Source of the DNA: a candidate division WOR-3 bacterium
GTDB lineage: Bacteria > Hydrothermota > 32-111
Assembly: GCA_037481815.1 (NCBI GenBank)
Contig: JBBFKX010000001.1
Coordinates: forward strand, 32,001-96,000
Direction: 5' to 3'
DNA length: 64,000 bases
The notes beneath the pieces are model-generated. The model made no database searches. It saw only the letters and a program-made list of their open reading frames with translations, and was not told the origin of the DNA. Each line of letters opens with the position of its first letter. Positions within the stretch are counted from its first letter, which is position 1. Of this stretch, positions 20,273 to 30,206 are shown one piece after another. The position numbers were made by a program, and so were the translations under genes.

Positions 20273-21420
20273 TGAAATTTTCATCTGTAATTTGTTTTGC
20301 TGGCGGTGATTGGTGGTATCACCATCCTCATTCATACAACCATTTGATGAAAGAGTTTTCTAAAGAAAAAAAAGTTTTGTATGTTAATTCATTACCTGTT
20401 GGTATAGGTTTTAGTGCAGGGAAGAAAGGTTTTTTAAGAAAAATAAATAATAAGTTGTTAAGCATAATAAGGTTTTTAAAGAAAGAGAATAAAAATCTTT
20501 ATATTTTCACTCCATTTTTTATACCTTTTAAAGATAATCATTTAATTTTAAATCTAAATACTTTACTTTTACTTTTTCAGATTAAACTTATTGAAAAAAT
20601 TTTTAAGTTTAAAGATCCAATATACTGGATAACAAATCCAAACGGATATATTTTCGTAAGAGGTATAAAATCAAAAAAAATCGTGTATCAGATTGTCGAT
20701 AAAGTTCAGGAGTATAAATACGCTGGAAAATCTGTTGAAGATTTTGATAAAAGGTTATGCGAAAAATCTTTGATCATTTTAACACCAGGGAAAATGATAT
20801 ATGAAGAGAAAAGAAAAGATTTTGGAGAAAAAGTTTACAGGTTGAAACATGGTGTTGATATCAAACATTTCAGTAAAATCGTGAAAGAAAAACCGGAAGA
20901 TTTTCCGAAAACTGACAAACCGGTTTTTACCTATTGGGGATCGATAGATTATAAAAAGGTTGATTACAAACTTTTAAAATTTTTGGAAGAGAAAACAACA
21001 GAATTTTGTTTTCTGTTTATAGGAAAAATTTTCGATTTTAAGTATGAGGATTTTAAAGATAGTAAGAAGATATTTTTTGTCGGTGAAAAAACATATCTGG
21101 AACTACCTTCTTATGCAACATTTTCAACAGGTTTTATAATCCCCTGGGATAGCGAGGATCAGATGAATAGACACGCTTCTCCAATAAAATTGAGAGAGTA
21201 TCTCACAACAGGTAAACCTGTTGTAACAACATACATCCCTGAGTTTGATGAATTCAAGGATCTTATCTATATTTCAAAAACTTATGAGGAGTTTTACAAT
21301 AATTTGAACAGAGCGCTGAAAGAAGACGACAGTATAAAAAAGAGAAGAAAAAATCAAGTTTCAAACGAAGGATGGGAGAATGTTTTTAAAGAGGTTAACA
21401 CTATTATCGATAGTGTTTAA
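20272..21420 (+). CDS. Glycosyltransferase (GT-B fold, TuaH-like)
   Basis: HGVD..HF, SPIKLREYL..GKPVV motifs. Confidence 0.8.
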   Translation: MKFSSVICFAGGDWWYHHPHSYNHLMKEFSKEKKVLYVNSLPVGIGFSAGKKGFLRKINNKLLSIIRFLKKENKNLYIFTPFFIPFKDNHLILNLNTLLLLFQIKLIEKIFKFKDPIYWITNPNGYIFVRGIKSKKIVYQIVDKVQEYKYAGKSVEDFDKRLCEKSLIILTPGKMIYEEKRKDFGEKVYRLKHGVDIKHFSKIVKEKPEDFPKTDKPVFTYWGSIDYKKVDYKLLKFLEEKTTEFCFLFIGKIFDFKYEDFKDSKKIFFVGEKTYLELPSYATFSTGFIIPWDSEDQMNRHASPIKLREYLTTGKPVVTTYIPEFDEFKDLIYISKTYEEFYNNLNRALKEDDSIKKRRKNQVSNEGWENVFKEVNTIIDSV

Positions 21421-22705
21421 TGTTTATTTGATTATTTTCTCGCAGGAAACAACACTCATAATACCACCTTTTCAACATTCGATGGGTTATTATAAAGCGA
21501 ATTCAACGATAGCAAAAATGGTGTTGAAGAAGAATGTAAAGTTTGAAAGGGTTGGAGGTATCTGTGCTTTGAAATTGAAACAACTCGATGATAGAACAAC
21601 AGACAAGGATGATGCTATATTAACTTTGTTTGGTTTAAACAATCATCAGATAGTTTACAACGTTGGTTTAAGTAAAATAAAAACTTATGGTCAAAAAGGT
21701 AGAGGGGAGTCACCAGAATCTTTGTACTATCCTACTGATATAGTCGCTACAGCTGATGGTGAGATCTACATTTCCGATACTTACAATTTTAGAGTATTAA
21801 AATTTATTTACGATGAAGATTCTCTATTGTTTGAAAGGTCTTTTGGATCGTTTGGTATGGATTCTTTTTCTCTGAATATTCCAGAAGGTATAGATTATGA
21901 CGGGAACGACAATCTTTTTATATGTGATAGCAGGAATGATCGAATTCTTGTGATAGATAAAAATTTTAACCCTTTTATGATCCTTGATAATATTCAGAAT
22001 CCCCATTCAATCTGTGTTGTTGATCCTAAAAAAGGTTATCTGAATCTAAAAGAAAAAATTTTCCTTGTTGTCTCTTCGGATCGAAGAAGATTGCTCAAAC
22101 TCGATTTTTATGGAAACATGATCAAAGAGTTTTTTTCTTTTGATATAACAAAATACAAAGATGTGGATTTCAATTTTATCGATTACGATCAGAATGGTAA
22201 CATTTATGTTACAGATACTATAAACAGTTGTATACACAAGTTTGATAGCGATTTAAAATACATAACGAGTTTTGGCAGAGAGGGAGCAGGGAAAAACCAG
22301 TTCTTAAAGCCAGAAGGTATATCGATCTATAGAAAGTATGGGCAGGTGTTTATATCTGAAAAAACTGGATTTCAATATTACTGGATAGGTGTTGATGGAT
22401 ATATTAAAGAGTTTACTCCTCCGGTTTTGACTGATACAACAGAAGGTTTGACGATTTCTCTTTTCACAACAGAACAATGCAGAGTCACAATAGAGATCAC
22501 AAAAGATGGGAAGTTTGTTAGAGAGTTGACATCAGATCTTAGAAGGAATATCGGATTGAACTATATCGTATGGGATCTTAAAGATGACAAGGGCAACAGA
22601 ATAGTTGAGAATGGGAAATATAAATTTAAAGTTATTCTTGAACCTTTATATTCTTCGAGGGGTTATTTTAAAAGGGAATTATATGGGGAGATTGAAAAGT
22701 TTTAG
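21380..22705 (+). CDS. NHL-repeat beta-propeller protein with C-terminal FlgD-like Ig domain
   Basis: YPTDI...IYISDTYNFRV, PEGI...DSRNDRI, IYVTDTINSCI repeats; WDLKDDKGNRIV.NG.Y at the C-terminus. Confidence 0.8.
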   Translation: MFLKRLTLLSIVFNVYLIIFSQETTLIIPPFQHSMGYYKANSTIAKMVLKKNVKFERVGGICALKLKQLDDRTTDKDDAILTLFGLNNHQIVYNVGLSKIKTYGQKGRGESPESLYYPTDIVATADGEIYISDTYNFRVLKFIYDEDSLLFERSFGSFGMDSFSLNIPEGIDYDGNDNLFICDSRNDRILVIDKNFNPFMILDNIQNPHSICVVDPKKGYLNLKEKIFLVVSSDRRRLLKLDFYGNMIKEFFSFDITKYKDVDFNFIDYDQNGNIYVTDTINSCIHKFDSDLKYITSFGREGAGKNQFLKPEGISIYRKYGQVFISEKTGFQYYWIGVDGYIKEFTPPVLTDTTEGLTISLFTTEQCRVTIEITKDGKFVRELTSDLRRNIGLNYIVWDLKDDKGNRIVENGKYKFKVILEPLYSSRGYFKRELYGEIEKF

Positions 22706-23468
22706 TTTTTTTGTTTTTCTTTTCTTTTTTTCTCTTTTGAACGCACAGAGGATCGTTTCATTTGCTCCAAATATTACAGAGACACTTTTCTTTCTATCTT
22801 ACGATAGATATCTTGTTGGTCGAACATCTTTCTGTGATTATCCTGAAGAAGCAAAAAAGATCGAAATCGCAGGTTCTTTTATAGATGTTGATTTTGAAAA
22901 GTTGTTATATTTAAAGCCAGACATAGTTTTCTTTTCAGGTAATCTAACGGAGAAAACTGAAATCTTTTTGAAAGAAAAGAACATTAGATATTACAATATC
23001 AAAATGGAAAAAATAGACGATATCATAGAAGGTATAAAAAATATAACAGAGATCGTTGGGAAAGATTATGATACTGTGAAGGTGAACGATTTAAGAAATA
23101 GAATCTCAAATATTAAAAAGATTGATGATGGGAAGAAGGTTATCGTTGAAGTGAGTGAGAAACCTTTTATGGTTGCAACATCTTCAAGTTATATTGGCTC
23201 TCTTTTAAAACTTTCAGGTTATAAAATTGTAGAAAGTGAAAAACCTTACATAAACCTTTCATATGAAAAGATTCTCTCTTTTAAACCAGACATTGTTGTA
23301 TTTATGCATACATTTCATGATGCGAAGAACAAATATTCATTGTTGAAAAATTTTAAAAAGATGAAGTTTCTTTTTCTTGATGATGAAAAAATAGATATTT
23401 TTTCAAGACCGGGCCCAAGAGTTGTGGATGCCATAGATATAATCGAAAAGGATTTTTGTGAAAGATAA
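22683..23468 (+). CDS. ABC transporter substrate-binding protein, BtuF-like (cobalamin/iron chelate)
   Basis: RIVSFAPNITE.L, VGRTSFCDYP, FSRPGPRV motifs. Confidence 0.85.
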   Translation: MGRLKSFSFFVFLFFFSLLNAQRIVSFAPNITETLFFLSYDRYLVGRTSFCDYPEEAKKIEIAGSFIDVDFEKLLYLKPDIVFFSGNLTEKTEIFLKEKNIRYYNIKMEKIDDIIEGIKNITEIVGKDYDTVKVNDLRNRISNIKKIDDGKKVIVEVSEKPFMVATSSSYIGSLLKLSGYKIVESEKPYINLSYEKILSFKPDIVVFMHTFHDAKNKYSLLKNFKKMKFLFLDDEKIDIFSRPGPRVVDAIDIIEKDFCER

Positions 23469-24399
23469 AAAATTTTTGATTTTCATTCTTCTGTTTGTTC
23501 TGATTTCCATATTTTATATAAACTTTAAAATATCAACTTTTGAAAATGATGTAAAAGATGAAATTTTGAAGTTAAGGGTTTTCAGATACATACTTGCTCT
23601 TTTTACGGGAATGGTTTTAACATCATCTGGTGCTACTATGCAGATACTTTTCAAAAACCCTTTGCTTGATCCTTATGTCCTGGGGATTTCAGGTGGAGGA
23701 CTTTTTGGTTTTCTTCTCTCGTCGATCTATTTTAAGGGAGACCTTCTGGTTTCAATCCTTTTCTCCTTTCTTTTTTCAACAATTTCTTCATTGATTTCAC
23801 TTTCATTTTCACTCAAAATAAAAGGTGATAAAAAAGTTTCGATTTTGATCTCTGGTCTGCTTGTGAACATACTCTTTTCATCTCTTGTTATCATATTTTC
23901 AATTTTTTCAAAAAATGATATAACTTTTCTCTTCTATGCTCTGATGGGATCTTTGAATCATATTTTTATATCTTCAAATTTATACATTTACATCTTCTTG
24001 TCTTTAACTTTGATCTTAACCTTTTTGTTTGTTCTTTTCAAAACGAAAGAACTTGATATCATATCGATAGATGAGGATATTGCCAAAACGAGTGGAGTTA
24101 ATGTGAAAAGGGATTTTCTTTTGATTTTATTGGTGTTAATTTACCAGACATCTTTGATCGTTTCTTTTGTTGGAATGATAGGTTTTGTTGGAATTATAAT
24201 CCCAAACATCCTCAGAATTTCTGGAGTTTTGAAAAGTCGTGACCTGATTCTCTATTCCTTTGTGGTTGGTGGATTCTTGATCCTCTTCGCTGATTTTATA
24301 AGTAAATATTCTTTTTCATTTGAACTTCCAATTGGTGTTGTTTTATCCCTTTTTTCTTTACCTTTTCTTTTTATGATCGTTAAAAAAAATTTTGAGTGA
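23458..24399 (+). CDS. FecCD/BtuC family ABC permease
   Basis: FKNPLLDPYVLGISGG, GMIGFVGIIIP, ELPIGV; multiple TM helices. Confidence 0.88.
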   Translation: MKDKKFLIFILLFVLISIFYINFKISTFENDVKDEILKLRVFRYILALFTGMVLTSSGATMQILFKNPLLDPYVLGISGGGLFGFLLSSIYFKGDLLVSILFSFLFSTISSLISLSFSLKIKGDKKVSILISGLLVNILFSSLVIIFSIFSKNDITFLFYALMGSLNHIFISSNLYIYIFLSLTLILTFLFVLFKTKELDIISIDEDIAKTSGVNVKRDFLLILLVLIYQTSLIVSFVGMIGFVGIIIPNILRISGVLKSRDLILYSFVVGGFLILFADFISKYSFSFELPIGVVLSLFSLPFLFMIVKKNFE

Positions 24400-25157
24400 A
24401 TATGATAAAGATAAAAGATTTAAAATTTTCATATACAAAGGATAAGGAGTTTATTAAAATAGATCAACTGGTTATTAACGAAAAAGGAATATATTCTTTG
24501 ATAGGAGAGAATGGATCGGGTAAAACAACATTTCTAAAACTTTTATGTAAAATTTTGACTGACTATGAGGGAGAAATAGATCTTTTTGGTAGAGAAATTA
24601 AAACTTTATCTGAAAATGATATCTCTCAAATTATCTCCTACATACCACAAAAGATTTACCTTTATTATGATTTTCCGGTTTTTGAATTTATAAAATATGG
24701 AAGATATTTAAAAATGGATATTTTTGGTAATCTTTCTTTGAAAGATTATCAAGAGATAAATCTTTTGATGGAAAAACTTGAAATTGGGCATTTAAAAAAC
24801 AGGAACTGTTTTTCTTTGAGTGGGGGAGAGATGCAACTCGTTCAACTCGCAAGGGCTATTTTTCAAGGTGGAAAGATAATTGTTATGGATGAACCGTTCT
24901 CTAACATAGATTTCAGACACAGAAAAAAAATCATTAAAATAATCGATGAAATAAAACCTGAAAAGATTATTTTGATTTCTTCACATGATCTTGGAATATG
25001 TTTCAACATTTCTGATAAAATCATCGGGCTTAAGAATGGAAAAATCGCCGGGTTCGGAGAGAAGGAGCATATGAAAAGTAAACTTGCAACCATTTTTGAA
25101 ACAGAAATAGAATTTGTCGAGGATAAAGGAAAAATTTATTTTTATGAAGGAGTTTAA
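24396..25157 (+). CDS. ABC transporter ATP-binding protein (FecE/BtuD-like)
   Basis: GENGSGKTT, LSGGEMQ, MDEP, SSHD. Confidence 0.92.
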   Translation: MNMIKIKDLKFSYTKDKEFIKIDQLVINEKGIYSLIGENGSGKTTFLKLLCKILTDYEGEIDLFGREIKTLSENDISQIISYIPQKIYLYYDFPVFEFIKYGRYLKMDIFGNLSLKDYQEINLLMEKLEIGHLKNRNCFSLSGGEMQLVQLARAIFQGGKIIVMDEPFSNIDFRHRKKIIKIIDEIKPEKIILISSHDLGICFNISDKIIGLKNGKIAGFGEKEHMKSKLATIFETEIEFVEDKGKIYFYEGV

Positions 25158-25158
25158 A

Positions 25159-26475
25159 ATGTTAAAAAAACTTTTTATAGTATTATCATTGGTTTTAGTT
25201 GTTTTTCTTGAAGCGGAGCATGTCAGAAATATTTCTCTTGAGAACAAAACATTTACAAAAGAAGATTTTATTAAAAAACAAATGACATTCTATTCTTCTG
25301 AAACTGTTGATAGTGCTGATATTGAGAAGAGTAAACTTAACCTTTTGAAAACTGAACTTTTTGGTGAGGTTGTGATAGATGTTTTTAAAGTTGATAGTGG
25401 TTTTGAAGAGAAAATTGATCCTGAATTGTTAAGAAAGGATAATATTGATGACACAGTTGATGTTAGAATAACAGCAAAAGAGATGCTTGTCTTTCTACCA
25501 TCACTTGGATTTTCAACAACAAAACCATACTCGATAACTCTTGGTGCTTCTTATGGAAACCTTTTTGCCCAGAGGCATAAGATAGAACTCGCATTTACTT
25601 TTCTTGATGTGAAAGGTGTTTACCTTCTGTACTCTATTCCAACAGTTTATTCAAGAAAATACTCTGGTGAATATAAGATTTTTTATACTCAGAACAACAG
25701 GGATATCCTTGATATAGTTGAATACCATAAAGGTGTATATCTTGGAACAGGTTATTCTTTCATTCAGGATCTATCAACGCAACTGATCCTTGGTTTTGAT
25801 CGTGTGAGTTTTAAAGATGATACTTTCTCTTTGTCTTACAAGAGTGGTGACCTTAAAGGTTATGATGAGTTTCTGCAATCAGGTGTAAAGTTGACTCTGA
25901 ATAAAAAGAATGATCCATTCTTCCCAACTTCTGGAAATTATGATGAATTAATATTTTTGTATGAAAAGAATTTCTGGGGGACAGATATTGAAAGAATAAA
26001 ATTCAGTTTCAACAATGTGAACTTTTTTAAATTCTTCAAGGGAACCATTGCTTTTCGTAACAAATTTTTGTTACAGAATGGAACTTTGACCTATTATAAT
26101 CTCTCTGAGCCAGATGCTTTTGAGAATAGGGCAGTTTCTGAAAATGATATAACCGATTTCAACAGGTATTCCGGGACTCTGGAGTTAAGATATCCTCTTT
26201 TTAAAATACCTTTTGAGTATCCTATAATTGGCAGAATTTCGTTCAACTATATTGTTACTCTTTTTGCTGACTGGACAACAACCGCAAACGATTTTAAAGA
26301 TTTAAAACTGTTTCAAAAGGATAGATATTTTTACGGGTATGGAGTCGGTTTTATGTTTTTCACGGAGATCTTTGACCCTAAAGGTATACAGATTGGTTTT
26401 TCACCTGTTGATGGTTATAGTGATATTTTCAAAAAGTTGAAATACAATATATTTTTACTCTGCTGGAACTTTTGA
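25159..26475 (+). CDS. Omp85/BamA-TamA family outer-membrane beta-barrel with POTRA-like N-terminus
   Basis: Signal peptide, POTRA-like region (LLKTELFGEV), NLFAQRH, D.FFPTSG, ELRYP, YGYGVG; C-terminal Phe (WNF). Confidence 0.7.
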   Translation: MLKKLFIVLSLVLVVFLEAEHVRNISLENKTFTKEDFIKKQMTFYSSETVDSADIEKSKLNLLKTELFGEVVIDVFKVDSGFEEKIDPELLRKDNIDDTVDVRITAKEMLVFLPSLGFSTTKPYSITLGASYGNLFAQRHKIELAFTFLDVKGVYLLYSIPTVYSRKYSGEYKIFYTQNNRDILDIVEYHKGVYLGTGYSFIQDLSTQLILGFDRVSFKDDTFSLSYKSGDLKGYDEFLQSGVKLTLNKKNDPFFPTSGNYDELIFLYEKNFWGTDIERIKFSFNNVNFFKFFKGTIAFRNKFLLQNGTLTYYNLSEPDAFENRAVSENDITDFNRYSGTLELRYPLFKIPFEYPIIGRISFNYIVTLFADWTTTANDFKDLKLFQKDRYFYGYGVGFMFFTEIFDPKGIQIGFSPVDGYSDIFKKLKYNIFLLCWNF

Positions 26476-28842
26476 TCAACTTCTGAGAGTGTAACCTTTA
26501 TCTTTGATAAACTGGATGAACTGATTCTGAAATTCTGAAATCTCTTCACCTGTTAAGGTTTTCTGATCGCTTCCTATCGTGAATCTTACGGTGACTGATT
26601 CAAAGCCTTCAAGTATATTTTCTCCAGAGTATATATCGTAGATCTTAAAATCTTTCACAAGTTCATTTTTAAATTCTTTGATTTTTTGTTCAAAATCTAT
26701 GAACAACTCTTTTTTATTTTTCAGTATTGAAAAATCAAGAATCGTTTGTGGGAATGTTGAAAATTGTTTGAAGAGGATACTTTTTTCAAATCCGTATATT
26801 TTTTCAATTTCGATTTCTGTAAAAGCGATAACGACTTTTTTATCAAGTAATGAGTTGATCTTTGGATGTATTATTCCAAGGTATCCAACAGGTTCATAAT
26901 TTTTGTCATCTAAGGAAAAGTATATATCAGCAGAAATTGATGGATTTATCAGTTGATGTTCTGTTGGATTTCTATACACAGGTTCTTTTCCTGTCAGCCT
27001 TTCAAATATATCGTTTAGAATCGATTTCAATTTGAAGAAAGATTTTTCTTCCTGGTTCTTTATCTTTTTATCAACAGAGATTATTCCCAATCTTTTGATT
27101 TCAGTGTTTTGATGGAATGTCTTTCCGATTTCGTATAAAGCGAACTGATCAAAATATTTCAGGTTTTCAAATGAAAATTTCAAAAGTGTTGGAAGGAGTG
27201 TTGTTCTTAAGAGTTTGTTATCAATCGTTATCGGATTTTTTATCTCGATTTCACCACCTGTTTTGAAACCAATTTTTTTGTTGAATTTATCATCATACCA
27301 GGGATGGGAATCTACTTCATTCAAATTATACTTGTAGGTTAAAAGGTCTTTTACAAGATTGTCCTTTTCGTTCTCAACATTCTTTATAGTTGCGCTGATC
27401 TGAAGTTTCGGAAGTACAGGTTTCACATTGTCGAAGCCATAGATCCTTACAACCTCTTCCACTATATCCTCTTTTATAGAAATGTCCTTTGTGCTTCTAT
27501 ATGTTGGTGCTGTTATTTTTATTCTATCCTTATCCTCTTCAACTTCAAACTCCAAAGATTTTAAAATACTTTTGATTCTCTCATTTTCAATTTCTATTCC
27601 TATGGTTTTTTTTATGTATGAATAGTCAGTATAGATGACATTTCTTTTGAAAGGATTGTAATTTTTATCAGTTATTGAACTTTCGATTTTTATATCTTTC
27701 TGGTTCTCTTTCAAGAGTTGAACATATCTCAAGCATCCGATAAGTGCATTTTCAGGATCAAGTGATTTTTCAAATCTTGCACTTGAATCAGTTCTGAGAG
27801 AGATCCTTGTGCTCATCTTTCTGATATGTGAAGCATCAAAATTTGCACTTTCAAGGAAGAGTGTTTGTGAATCATCCCTTATGTCAGAGTTCCCACCACC
27901 CATTATTCCTGCAATTGCAACAGGTGTATCCTCGTTTTTTATCAGAAGAATTCCTTTTGGGAGTTTTCTATCGACCTTATCGAGAGTTTTGAAAACGAAA
28001 TCCTCTTTTGCAGAATCGACAACGATTTTCTTGATACTGTTTCCATCAAAAGCGTGAAGTGGTTGCCCGATTTCCGTCATAACATAATTCGTAAGATCAA
28101 CGATTATATTTCTTGGGACATGTCCTGTATTTGACAATCTTATCTGGATATTGAGCGGGGAGTGTTCAACTTTAATATTCCCGATCTTAACTCCCACATA
28201 TCTATAACATTTTTCTCTATCGATTATCTCTATTGGAAATTCAGGCAGATCTTTTACATTGTTTTTATCAAAGATTTTTGGTTCTCTGTTGTCTCTTCCA
28301 AGAATCGCTTTGATCTCTCTTGAGAAACCAAAAATTCCCCAGAGGTCTGGTCTATGTGTTAAAGATTTGTTGTCGATTTCGATCACATAATCGTAATAAT
28401 CTGTGAATTCGCCGATTTCGATTCCTGTTTTTATATCATGTGGTAGTTCAAAAAGACCTGAATGATCATTGTTGATCCCGAGTTCTTTTCCAGAAAGCAG
28501 CATACCTTCGGAAACTTCACCTGAAAAAGATTTTGTTGTTATCGTTTCACCATCAAGTTTTCCACCTGGTTTGATATGGAAGGTTTTTAAACCTTTTCTT
28601 GTGTTTGGAGCACCGCTAATAACCGTATACTCTTTGTCAGAAACAACTCTACATTTGAAATGTTTTTCATCTATTTTTACTGCTTCTAAAATTTCACATG
28701 TGTATATATTTGAATAGTCCTGATTTTTTGAATACACTCCCTCTGTTTCAGCGGTCTTCATCGTTAAAAGTTGAGAGAGTTCAAAAGGATCAATATCATC
28801 AACTTTTACAAAATCGTTTAACCATCTTAAAGATATTTTCAT
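26476..28842 (-). CDS. pheT: Phenylalanine--tRNA ligase beta subunit
   Basis: MKISLRWL, tRNA-binding OB domain, DLTNYVM.E.GQPLHAFD, LESANF, TDSSARFEK, DIVEEV.R.YG, C-terminal FDX-ACB. Confidence 0.96.
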   Translation of the reverse strand: MKISLRWLNDFVKVDDIDPFELSQLLTMKTAETEGVYSKNQDYSNIYTCEILEAVKIDEKHFKCRVVSDKEYTVISGAPNTRKGLKTFHIKPGGKLDGETITTKSFSGEVSEGMLLSGKELGINNDHSGLFELPHDIKTGIEIGEFTDYYDYVIEIDNKSLTHRPDLWGIFGFSREIKAILGRDNREPKIFDKNNVKDLPEFPIEIIDREKCYRYVGVKIGNIKVEHSPLNIQIRLSNTGHVPRNIIVDLTNYVMTEIGQPLHAFDGNSIKKIVVDSAKEDFVFKTLDKVDRKLPKGILLIKNEDTPVAIAGIMGGGNSDIRDDSQTLFLESANFDASHIRKMSTRISLRTDSSARFEKSLDPENALIGCLRYVQLLKENQKDIKIESSITDKNYNPFKRNVIYTDYSYIKKTIGIEIENERIKSILKSLEFEVEEDKDRIKITAPTYRSTKDISIKEDIVEEVVRIYGFDNVKPVLPKLQISATIKNVENEKDNLVKDLLTYKYNLNEVDSHPWYDDKFNKKIGFKTGGEIEIKNPITIDNKLLRTTLLPTLLKFSFENLKYFDQFALYEIGKTFHQNTEIKRLGIISVDKKIKNQEEKSFFKLKSILNDIFERLTGKEPVYRNPTEHQLINPSISADIYFSLDDKNYEPVGYLGIIHPKINSLLDKKVVIAFTEIEIEKIYGFEKSILFKQFSTFPQTILDFSILKNKKELFIDFEQKIKEFKNELVKDFKIYDIYSGENILEGFESVTVRFTIGSDQKTLTGEEISEFQNQFIQFIKDKGYTLRS

Positions 28843-28845
28843 ATT

Positions 28846-29883
28846 TTACCTGAACTGTTTTAAAAATCTTAAATCACCGCTGTTTAAAAATCTAATATCG
28901 TTTATCTTATATCTCATCATAGCCAATCTGGTTAGTCCAAGTCCAAAAGCGAATCCATTGTATCTTTCCGTATCTATTCCTCCATACTTTAAAACATTTG
29001 GATGGACCATTCCGCAGGGCACGAGTTCAAGCCATCCACTATGTTTACATGTAGAACAACCTTTACCATTACATATTATACATTTTATATCGAGTTCAAA
29101 ACCTGGCTCAACGAACGGGAAGTATCCAGGTCTTAATCTAACATCTATATCTTCTTTATGGAAAATTTCTGAAAGAAGTGTCTTCATCGTTGCTATCAGG
29201 TTTGCGATCGTGATATTTTCATCTACAAGAAGTCCTTCAACCTGATAGAATGCGGTTTCATGTGAAGCATCTATGGATTCATACCTGAAACATTTCCCTG
29301 GAGCGAATATTCTCAGTGGTGGTTTGAATTTTTCAAGTGTTCTTGATTGACAACTTGATGTGTGTGTTCTCAGGATCATTCCATTTAGCAGGAAGAATGT
29401 ATCCTGCATATCCCTTGCAGGATGAGTGGAAGGAATGTTCAGTGCTTCGAAGTTGTAGTACTCTGTTTCCATCTCTGGACCTGTGACAAGAGAAAATCCC
29501 ATTCCAGTCAATATCCTTTCAACATCCCTTTTGATGAATGTTATCGGATGCAAAGATCCATCTCTATCTGAAAATACAGGTTTTGTGAAATCGATGCTCT
29601 GCTCTTTTAATTTTTTTTCAATCTCTTTCTTTTCAAAACTATCTTTTAAACTCTTTATTTTTTCTTCGATTTCAACTTTTTTTCTGTTTATTAAAAAACC
29701 CGCCTCTTTTTTCTCTTCGGGTGTTTTAAGTTCTCCTATAAACTTTAGAAATGAATGTAACTGGCTTTTTTTGCCAAGATATTTTATCTCGATCTCTTTG
29801 AGTTTTTCTAAAGAATTTATGGTCTCTATCTCTTTTTCGAATTCTTTAAAAAAAAGGTCAAGATTCTCTTTTAAATTTTTCAT
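28846..29883 (-). CDS. pheS: Phenylalanine--tRNA ligase alpha subunit
   Basis: GSLHPI, HPARDMQDTF, LRTHTS, FYQVEG, YFPFVEP, GFAFGLG..R.AM. Confidence 0.97.
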   Translation of the reverse strand: MKNLKENLDLFFKEFEKEIETINSLEKLKEIEIKYLGKKSQLHSFLKFIGELKTPEEKKEAGFLINRKKVEIEEKIKSLKDSFEKKEIEKKLKEQSIDFTKPVFSDRDGSLHPITFIKRDVERILTGMGFSLVTGPEMETEYYNFEALNIPSTHPARDMQDTFFLLNGMILRTHTSSCQSRTLEKFKPPLRIFAPGKCFRYESIDASHETAFYQVEGLLVDENITIANLIATMKTLLSEIFHKEDIDVRLRPGYFPFVEPGFELDIKCIICNGKGCSTCKHSGWLELVPCGMVHPNVLKYGGIDTERYNGFAFGLGLTRLAMMRYKINDIRFLNSGDLRFLKQFR

Positions 29884-29927
29884 AACTTTACAATTGTATA
29901 TAATTAAGAAATTTTTTCAAGTGGGAA

Positions 29928-29949
29928 GCCCCCTTTGTTTAAAGGGGGC
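29928..29949. terminator. GC-rich hairpin downstream of the Lrp-like gene, possible terminator
   Basis: Perfect 9-bp stem GCCCCCTTT / AAAGGGGGC with a GTTT loop; the U-tract on the minus strand is weak. Confidence 0.5.
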
Positions 29950-29956
29950 AAATTTT

Positions 29957-30196
29957 TTAATCTCCGTTAACAACTATACATGTAACGGTTCTCTGTATCC
30001 CATCAATTTTCTGAATTCTGTTGACTATCTCATCTGCAAGATGTTTTGTGGAATCAGCGTTCACAAGTGCGATTATGTCATGGAGTCCGGTAACAACATG
30101 TGCGCTTTCAACTTCTTTCAATTTTTTTAATTCTTTCAAAACCATCAACGCTTTTCCTGCTTCGGTGTTGATCAAAAGATAGGATAAAATTTTCAT
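29957..30196 (-). CDS. Lrp/AsnC ligand-binding (RAM) domain protein
   Basis: YLLINTEAG...V..AHVVTG.HDII...IQKIDGI.RT.T; AGGAGG RBS. Confidence 0.85.
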   Translation of the reverse strand: MKILSYLLINTEAGKALMVLKELKKLKEVESAHVVTGLHDIIALVNADSTKHLADEIVNRIQKIDGIQRTVTCIVVNGD

Positions 30197-30206
30197 AAAA
30201 CCTCCT

